A stretch of 64,000 nt of DNA, from the NCBI GenBank assembly GCA_963734495.1, contig CAVTHK010000013.1, positions 224,001 through 288,000 of the forward strand, read 5' to 3'. This DNA is from an uncultured Spirochaetota bacterium. GTDB lineage: Bacteria > Spirochaetota > Spirochaetia > SZUA-6 > CAVTHK01. Positions within the stretch are counted from its first letter, which is position 1. Every line of letters starts with the position of its first letter. The notes below the pieces were generated by a model. It saw nothing but the letters and a program-made list of their open reading frames with translations. It had not been told where the DNA came from and did no database searches. This document shows positions 56,805-64,000 of the stretch, one piece after another. The position numbers were made by a program, and so were the translations under genes.

Positions 56805-56927
56805 GTAGTACGGGCCGGCTGTAGGGGGCGGGCGCCTGCCCGCTGTACTCGACGGGCACCTGCCTGCTGTACGAACGGGCGCTTGCCTCGGCAGGCATTG
56901 GCCCGTTGTACTCAACGGGTTGACCGC
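56805..56927 (+). repeat. Degenerate tandem array of REP-like palindromes
   Basis: About five GTA[G/C]-N2-4-CGGG[C/T] units, with a ~23-24 bp period in the core. Confidence 0.65.
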
Positions 56928-56983
56928 AAGAGCCTCAGCCGATACCCTGCTACGGGAATCAACGAGTCGAAGGAGGTGTCTCT

Positions 56984-57454
56984 GTGAAGCGAATCGTTCT
57001 GGCGGCGTTCGTGCTCGTCCTGGCTGCGTCGGCGCTCGCGGGCGCGGAAGGGCTGCACGGCTCGCGTATCGGCCTGGAGTTCGGGAACCCGGGCGGAGTG
57101 ATCATCTACCGGCCGAGCGCCTTCGACTTCAAGCTCGGCTACAACTTTGCGTCGGGAAGCGAGTTCCTGTACCTCGCCGCCGACTACCGCATCATCAGCG
57201 GGTACCAGCTCATCGACTTTCTGCACTTCTTCCTGGCCGCGGGCGGCTACGGCGCCTTCTACCTCGAAGACCGCGGGGGCAGCGAGGGGCAGGTCGACAT
57301 TGGCGCCCACATCCCCGTCGGGCTGCAGGCTTTCCTCATGGGACCGACGATCGAGATCTTCGTGGAGGTCGCCCCGACGATCCGCTTCTTCCCCGCGATC
57401 GAGGCGTTCCAGGACTTCCACGGCTATATCGGGTTCACGATCCTGATCAAGTAG
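56984..57454 (+). CDS. DUF3996-like small outer-membrane beta-barrel protein
   Basis: Signal peptide, IGLEFGNPGG, IGAHIPVGL, EIFVEVAP, amphipathic strands. AAGGAGG SD. Confidence 0.7.
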   Translation: MKRIVLAAFVLVLAASALAGAEGLHGSRIGLEFGNPGGVIIYRPSAFDFKLGYNFASGSEFLYLAADYRIISGYQLIDFLHFFLAAGGYGAFYLEDRGGSEGQVDIGAHIPVGLQAFLMGPTIEIFVEVAPTIRFFPAIEAFQDFHGYIGFTILIK

Positions 57455-57513
57455 ACCAGGCAGGGGCGCGCGGCTCGTGTCAACGGCGGCCGCGCGCCGC
57501 CTCTTCCTCGACT

Positions 57514-59779
57514 TCAGCCCAGATCCCGGTATCGCCCCGGCGTGATGCCCTCGTGCCGCTTGAAGGCGCGGATGAGGGCGTTGGCGCTCGTGTAGCCGAC
57601 CGCGCCCGCCACCTCGGCGAGCGGGGCGCGGCCCTCCATGAGCTTCTTGGCCACGGCGACCCGCGTGCGGCCGATGTGCTCCAGCAGGCTCTCCCCGGTC
57701 ATCTCCTTGAAGAGACGCGAGATGTACCCCTGGGTGAGCCCGAAGTGGTCCGCGATCATCGAGATGCTGAGGTTGACGTCGCGCGTACTGGCTCTCCACG
57801 AAGCCCCTGATCTCGAGCGCGAGCCGGTCGTCCTTCTTCAGGTTGCCCAGCGTCCGGCACACCCCCGCAACGGTCCCCCGCACCTCGGCGCGGAGATCCT
57901 CGAGGTCCCGCGTCCTCGAGAGGACGTCGACGAGCGGCTGGACCATGTCGGCCATCGCGTGCTGCCTGCCCGGCCCCGCCGTCGCGGCCACCTTGAGCAG
58001 GAGGTTGTACATGTCGAAGACGAAGCACTTGATCGCCTGCACCGACGGCTCCGCCTCGAGGAAGTTGCGCTCGAAGAGCTCGTCGAAGATGGCGCCCGCC
58101 TGCTCGTCGTCGCCGGCGCGCACCGCGTTCAGGAGCTGCCGCTCGGTCTCCAGCGGGCACGTGTAGACGGAGCGCCGCTCCCGGGTCTCGTCGAAGCGTA
58201 TGACCCGGCCCGGGCCCGCGACCAGCTTGTACTCCAGCGCGTCGAGGGCCTCCTGGTAGCAGTCCGGGATCCCGGCGACGTCGCTGTGGATCGTGCTCAG
58301 GCCGACGGTCGATTCCAGCTCGAAAGCCGCCCGGAGGTGCCGCCTCGCCTCGTCCACGATCGCATCGAGGTCCCGGTTCCACTCCGGGGCCGAGAGCAGC
58401 CTGAGGTTGACCACGCACGCGAGCATGTCGTCGATCTCGGTCACCAGGCCGCGATGCTGACGCTCGATGATCGCCTCGATGCTGTTCGCGAGGATGAACG
58501 AGGCGAGCCTCAGGCCTGGGTTGCGATCGGCCGGATCTCCGCCGGAGCCCTCGATGTAGACGATGAACACGGCATAGTAGGGCGAATAGGGAACGACCCC
58601 GAAGTCGGCAAACGACTCCTCCACCTCGACGACGCTTGCGAACCTGCCGCGCACGAGCCTGCGGACAAAGTTCTGCTTCATCGCCGCGTTGTACTGGCGC
58701 AGGCTGGAATCGAGCCTCTCCCTCTGCTCGAGCGTGGCCGCGACCGCGGCCCGCAGCACCTGGTATTCGTTCCCGCGGTCGACGGGGATGCCGGCGAGCG
58801 CCGCCATCTCTGTCGCGACTTCCGAGATGTGGTTGTAGTTGCGCCTGGCGAACGTGTAGGCGGTCGCGCCGCCCGCGGCGAGACAGATCAGCAGCCCGAG
58901 GATGGTGAGGTTCTGCAGGTAGGTCACCCTGCGGGTGAACGCGTTCGACGGCATCACCGAGGCGATCTTCCAGCCGGGCGGCGACAGCTTCACCGTTGAG
59001 ACGAGCAGCGTGCCCCCCGCCCGGCCGCTCAGGCGGACCGCCGCGCCTTCGCGTAGCTCGGCGTAGCGCAGCCCTTCGGGGACGCGGCCGCCTCCCGCGG
59101 CGGCGACCAGTCGGTCGGACTGGTCGACAATGACGATCGACTCGCGCTCGCTCCATGCGACCGCCTTGAGGGTCGAGGTTAGCCATTGCCGGTCCATCCG
59201 GATGACCAGCGTCGCGCTCATCGCCATGTGCGGGTCCGGCGGAAGCGACTGCATGTAGGTCAGCTCGTCGCCGACCCTCACGAAGTCCCCCTCGTGGTTG
59301 CCCTTCACGAGGGAGAGCCAGTCCCGGTAGCTCGGCATGTCCTCCCGGACGTAGAGCTCGTGGAAGAGGGTCGAGCTGCACACGGTCTCCGAGGACAGGA
59401 CGATGTCGGAATCGTGGAAAAAGACGAACATGCTCTCGACGAACGTGTGCGACGCCTTGTAGATGACGAAGTCGCGCGAAAGGAGGAAAAGGGCGTAGCG
59501 GTCGGAGAGCCCGATAGGCGCCTTGAGCGACAGGAAGCTGGTCACGCGCGGGTTCCACGAGGCCTGCAGCTTGAGCCTCTCGACGTCCTCGAGCCGCGAG
59601 TTGATCGCCTGCGCGGCCTGGCGGAGCGTCGCGCCCTTGGCCTGCTCGATCTCCCCGACCAGGATGCGTCTGGCCTCGAGGTAGACGGCCGCGGACAGCG
59701 CGACCAGGATGACCACGATGACGCTGTAGGAGAGCAGCCAGGCGAAAAAGACGCTCCGTCGCCCGGGAAAGACGCCCAC
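57514..59779 (-). CDS. Membrane-anchored AraC regulator (YesS/YtdP-like; frameshift near 57785)
   Basis: Two TM helices flank a sensor domain; C-terminal VGYTSANALIRAFKRHEGITPGRYR. Confidence 0.9.
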
Positions 59780-59800
59780 CGCGGCCCCCGTCCTTCGGCC

Positions 59801-60682
59801 CTATTCCTTGAGGGCCCCGATCATGATGCCCTTGATGAAGTAGCGCTGCAGGAACGGGTAGACGAACAGGATCGGCAGCGTCGCGGTCATGATGGTCGCG
59901 TACTTCACGGTCTCGCCGATCGGCTCCTTGTCCGCTGACGACGCCTCCGTCGTCATGCTGTCGGTGCTCGACGCGATCAGGATCTCGCGGAGCACGAGCT
60001 GCAGCGGGTACTTGTCGCGCGTGCGCAGGAAGATCATCGCGGGGAACCAGGAGTTCCAGTGGCCGACGGAGTAGAAGAGGATCATCACCGCCACGACGGG
60101 CATCGCCAGCGGGATGATGATCCAGAACAGGATCCGGTAGTCGCTCGCGCCGTCGATCTTGGCGGACTCCTCCATGCTGTCGGGGATCTGGGCGAACGAC
60201 GTCCTCATGATGATCAGGTTGTAGGTGCTGATGGCGGTCGGCAGGATGAGGGCCCACATCTTGTTCGCGAGCCCGAGCCCCTTCACGACCAGGTAGTAGG
60301 GGATGAGCCCGCCGGAAAAGAACATCGTGAACACGATGAAGAACATGATGAGGTTCCGCAGCATGAGCCTCTTGCGCGAGAGCACGTAGGCTCCGAGGGA
60401 GGTCATCAGGAGGTTCAGCACCGTTCCGATGCTCATGTAGACCAGCGTGTTCGTGTAGCCGGCCAGGATCATGGGGTTGGAGAGGACCAGCTTGTACGAG
60501 CCGAGGCTGAAGCCGAGCGGCGCCACGAGGAAGCCCATGTGCTTCGCCATCTCCGTCGGGTCGCTGATGGAGGCGAAGGTGACGAACAGGAACGGGTACA
60601 GGGTCATCACCACCACGAGCGTCAGGAAGACGGCGTTGAAGGCCATGAAGACGTAGTCGCCGGGTCCGTTCCTGCGGCTCAC
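59801..60682 (-). CDS. Sugar ABC permease (LplC-like)
   Basis: FSGGLIPYY, MEESAKIDGA, YPFLQRYF. Confidence 0.93.
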   Translation of the reverse strand: MSRRNGPGDYVFMAFNAVFLTLVVVMTLYPFLFVTFASISDPTEMAKHMGFLVAPLGFSLGSYKLVLSNPMILAGYTNTLVYMSIGTVLNLLMTSLGAYVLSRKRLMLRNLIMFFIVFTMFFSGGLIPYYLVVKGLGLANKMWALILPTAISTYNLIIMRTSFAQIPDSMEESAKIDGASDYRILFWIIIPLAMPVVAVMILFYSVGHWNSWFPAMIFLRTRDKYPLQLVLREILIASSTDSMTTEASSADKEPIGETVKYATIMTATLPILFVYPFLQRYFIKGIMIGALKE

Positions 60683-60691
60683 GACACCCTC

Positions 60692-61642
60692 CTAGAACAG
60701 GCTCGCCTGGTTCAGGCGGCGCACGGTCGCGTTGGCCAGGAGCAGCAGCGAGAAGTTGATGATGGAGTTGAAGATCCCGACCGCCGCCGAGTAGCTGTAG
60801 CTGAACTCCAGCAGCCCCTTGCGGTACACGAACGAGGAGATGACGTCGCCGGTCTCGAACGTGCTCTGGTTGACCAGGAGGATGACCTTTTCGAACCCGA
60901 TGCTCATCATGTTCCCCATCCGCAGGACGAACAGGATGATGATCGTCGGGAGGATGCCCGGCAGGGAGATGCTCCAGATCTTGCGCAGGCGGCCCGCGCC
61001 GTCCATCTCCGCGGCCTCGTAGAGCTGCGGGTCCACCGCGGAGAGCGCGGCCAGGTAGATGATGGAGCCCCACCCCGTCGTCTGCCAGACCTCGCTCGCC
61101 ACGTAGATCGGCCGGAAGAGCTCCGGCTGCAGCAGCAGCGGGAAGCGCTTGCCGCCCAGGGCGGCGATGATGTCGTTGATCAGGCCGCTGCGGCCGGTGA
61201 AGTCGATGATGATGCCGCAGACCACCATGATCGAGATGAAGTGCGGCAGGTACGAGACCGTCTGCACGAATCGCCGGGCGGCCTGCAGCCGCACCTCGTT
61301 CAGCAGGATCGCGAGGAGGATCGGGAGCGGGAAGCCGAACACCAGGATGTAGAGGTTCAGCAGCAGGGTGTTGCGGAAGATGCGGACAAAGTAGTAGCTG
61401 TTGAAAAAGCTCTCGAAGTGCACGAATCCCGCCCAGGGGCTCCCGAGGATCCCCTTGACGGGGCTGAAGTCCTTGAACGCGATCGACGCCCCGTACATCG
61501 GGCCGTAGTGGAAGAGCAGGTAGTAGGCGAGGACCGGGATCGCCATGATGTAGACCTGCCGGTTCCGCACGAGGTCCCGGGCGAGCTCGGCGAGGCGCCC
61601 GGCAGGTTCCGCGATGCGCGTGCTCTTCTCGGTCGCAGCCAT
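60692..61642 (-). CDS. Sugar ABC permease (LplB-like)
   Basis: SYLPHFIS, GWGSIIYLAAL, LYEAAEMDGA. Confidence 0.93.
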   Translation of the reverse strand: MAATEKSTRIAEPAGRLAELARDLVRNRQVYIMAIPVLAYYLLFHYGPMYGASIAFKDFSPVKGILGSPWAGFVHFESFFNSYYFVRIFRNTLLLNLYILVFGFPLPILLAILLNEVRLQAARRFVQTVSYLPHFISIMVVCGIIIDFTGRSGLINDIIAALGGKRFPLLLQPELFRPIYVASEVWQTTGWGSIIYLAALSAVDPQLYEAAEMDGAGRLRKIWSISLPGILPTIIILFVLRMGNMMSIGFEKVILLVNQSTFETGDVISSFVYRKGLLEFSYSYSAAVGIFNSIINFSLLLLANATVRRLNQASLF

Positions 61643-61668
61643 GGCAGTCCCCGGAGTATAACACGGAA

Positions 61669-61696
61669 GGGGGGCCGGGCGCCGCCCGGTCCCCCC
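61669..61696 (-). terminator. Stem-loop after the binding-protein gene
   Basis: GGGGGGCCGGGC...GCCCGGTCCCCC. Confidence 0.55.
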
Positions 61697-61716
61697 ATGT
61701 CACTCCGCTCGAGAGA

Positions 61717-63304
61717 TCAGCGCTTGTTGAAGCGCTCGAGCGCCGCCTTCTGGATCGCGATCGCCTGGTCGATGCCGAGCTTCTTGACCTGCGCGACGTA
61801 GGAGTCCCACTGGTCGAAGCCGACCTGGCCCATGAAGAACTTGACGAACATCTCGTCGGTGTAGACGTTGACCTCGTTCATGATGGCCGCCATCTTGGAG
61901 CTCTCCTCCGACGTCGGTGTCACCGGCGGCATCCGGTAGGAGAAGTCGCTCGAGGCCGCCCACGTCTTGGCAGCCGCGACCTGGTCCGGGTACTTCATGA
62001 ACTGCTCGAAGTACTCGATCCGCTGGACGAACGGCCCGTTGTAGTGCGAGCGCATCCACTTGCTCATGGCGATGGCCATCGGGAGGTTCGGGTCCTTGGT
62101 CACGGCGTCGGTGTACTTGGGGTAGCCGTTGACCCAGTTGTAGCTCACGCCCTCGAACCCGAAGTTGAAGACGAGGTCGCCCTCCTTGCCGTAGCCGTAG
62201 TCCAGGAACGCCGCGGTCTGCGGCACCGACTTGTTCAACGGCGTGATGAACGCCATCGACGGCGTCGGAACGTCCCAGTCCTTCTGCCCGAAGCGGCTCT
62301 TCTGGCCCGCCTTGAGCGTGAGGTACGGGCCGCCCACCAGGGCGAACGTCGGGTTCTTCGGCTTCACGTTGTCGTAGAAGAAGCCCATGCCGCCGCCGAC
62401 CAGGTTGAAGTAGGCGCCGACCTTGCCGTCCATGACCTTGGCGCGCCAGGTCTTGAGGTCCTGCACCGGGAAGTCGGGATCGATCAGCCCCTCCTTGAAC
62501 CACTTGTTCATCGTGATGAGGAAGTCCTTGAAGCCGGGCTCGATGTTGCCGTACTTGACCTGCTTGTTCTCATCCAGGTAGAAGCCGCGGGTCACGCCCC
62601 AGGCCCCGGAGAGCGAGGAGTTGTCGAACAGGTCGTCGCCGTCCTGCCCGACGCCCTTTTCGCGGAAGCTCATGGGGTAATCGATCTTCTTCTTGTCCTT
62701 GAAGGCCTTGAGCACGTTGTAGAGATCGTCGATGGTCGTCGGGACCTTGAGCCCGAGCTCGTCGAGCCAGTCCTTGCGGTACTGCGGGCCGCGGTAGGAC
62801 ATGAGCCCTTCGTTGCCGCGGATGAACGGGAAGCCGTAGAGCGTGCCGTCGTCGAGCTTGGCCAGGCGCTCCCAGTCCGGATGCGCCTTGTAGAGCGCGG
62901 TCAGGTTCGGGCGCGTACTTCGCGATGATCTCGTTGTGCTTGACCACGACGCCGTCCGCGATCGCCTTGGCCGCGCCGCCGGGATAGTTGGCGCGCAGGT
63001 CGTACTCCATGACGTCGGGCAGATCGCGCGAGGCCACGATCAGGTTGAACTGGTCCCGTCCCTGGCCCACGGGCGGATGGAGGAACTCGATCTGCATGTT
63101 GAACTTCTTCTGCAGATACTTGTAGAGCTCGCTCTCGCCCATGTTCTTGTAGATCTGGACCGCCTTGTCCGCCGGCATGTCCCACCAGTACTTGATCTTG
63201 GTCGGCCCGGTCGTGCTTGTCTCCGCCGTCGGGCCGGCAAAGAGATCCGCGGCAAAGGCGACGCCGAGGATCGCCAAAGCCAGCACCCACAGTAGTTTCC
63301 TCAT
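61717..63304 (-). CDS. Sugar ABC substrate-binding protein (LplA-like; frameshift near 62908)
   Basis: Signal peptide, ASRDLPD, YRKDWLDELGLKVPTTIDD, KWFKEGLIDPD. Confidence 0.9.
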
Positions 63305-63329
63305 TCAGACACCTCCTGCGACTCTCTCG

Positions 63330-63460
63330 ATTGTCGCGCCTGCGCCGCGCGCTGTAAATCGCCGTTTTTGCGAATGAGTAGCCGGAATTTGAAATGAAGG
63401 CAGCCGCCGGTGCGAGCCGCCCCGCCCCTATTGTCGAGCAGCCTGATCAGCTTGTCCAGC
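63330..63460 (-). promoter_or_regulatory. Promoter with candidate AraC direct-repeat sites
   Basis: TTTACA-N17-GACAAT; GCCG-N8-AATGA at a 20-bp period; TTGTC[G/C]AGC at a 21-bp period. Confidence 0.5.
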
Positions 63461-63476
63461 CCGGCGGCAGGCGACT

Positions 63477-64000
63477 TCAGCCGCCGATCATCACCTTGAC
63501 CGTGGCGGAGCGGTTCTCGGTGGCGAACCGGAACGCCTCGCACACGTCGGCGAACGCGTAGCGGTGGCTCACGAGCGGGCCGACGTCGAGGCGGCCGGCA
63601 GCGAGCAGCGCGATCGCCTCGGGGAACGTGTTGCAGTAGCGGTTGACCCCGCGCACGTCGAGCTCCTTCTCGATGACGACCTCGATGGGGTACTCGAACG
63701 CCCGCACCTCGGGCCACCCGACGAGCGTGAGCACGCCGCCGCGCGCGGCGAGCTCCGGCGCGATGCGGCACGCCACTGAGCTGCCGCTGGTGTCGAACAC
63801 GACGTCGACCCCGCGGCCGCCAGTGAGGTCCATGAGCGTCTTGATGGGGTCGGCCTTCTTCGAGTTGATCGTCGCCGTGGCACCGAGCGACTCGGCGAGC
63901 GCGAGCCTGTGATCGAGCACGTCGAAGAGGTAGCACTCGGTGGCGCCGTAGGCGCGGCTCACGAGGTAGGTCACGAGGCCGATCGGGCCGCTGCCGAGGA
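63477..64000 (-). CDS. Zinc-binding (sorbitol-type) dehydrogenase, 3' part
   Basis: LGSGPIG, GRGVDVVFDTSG, RGVNRYCNTFP. Confidence 0.9.
   Translation of the reverse strand, partial: LGSGPIGLVTYLVSRAYGATECYLFDVLDHRLALAESLGATATINSKKADPIKTLMDLTGGRGVDVVFDTSGSSVACRIAPELAARGGVLTLVGWPEVRAFEYPIEVVIEKELDVRGVNRYCNTFPEAIALLAAGRLDVGPLVSHRYAFADVCEAFRFATENRSATVKVMIGG

Noticed and set aside
56805-56927. Possible CRISPR array
   Set aside because: The repeats are degenerate and abutting, with no unique spacers and no cas genes.
57756-61703. Very long alternative-frame ORFs (also 11848-14442, 35787-38237, 30288-32594)
   Set aside because: These are high-GC shadow frames overlapping well-supported genes, with Arg/Pro/Ala-rich non-protein composition.

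Overview
High-GC bacterial chromosome segment, most likely from a free-living Spirochaetia. The taxonomy is inferred from a DUF3996-like outer-membrane protein, an RlmE-rhomboid-hypothetical cluster and Treponema-style ABC binding proteins. The window holds housekeeping genes (pdhA 5' part, nfo, rlmE, purA, glgP, aat, leuS, mscL, an RsmB-type methylase) and a ferredoxin divergent from an nqrBCDEF-like operon that lacks nqrA. It also has three sugar ABC transporter clusters with a sulfatase, GH2, GH42 and two GH31 enzymes. A ~2.8 kb foreign-looking island (33326-36105) carries an intact AbiEi/AbiEii toxin-antitoxin pair among shredded remains of a type I restriction-modification operon. About 20 single-base frameshifts, including one in leuS, point to long-read indel errors rather than biology. 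Most unusual observations: (1) an apparently complete circular permutation of the cofactor-independent phosphoglycerate mutase GpmI (52689-54205); (2) a free-standing ~135-nt structured RNA candidate displaying the 16S anti-Shine-Dalgarno sequence in a hairpin loop (8849-8983); (3) two back-to-back copies of a multi-hairpin element with a compensatory base change (1399-2210); (4) the collapsed and partly inverted hsd operon; (5) a GTAG-type REP-like array; (6) several apparently leaderless genes. No rRNA, tRNA, CRISPR array or transposase was seen. All family assignments come from motif recognition by eye, not from database searches.
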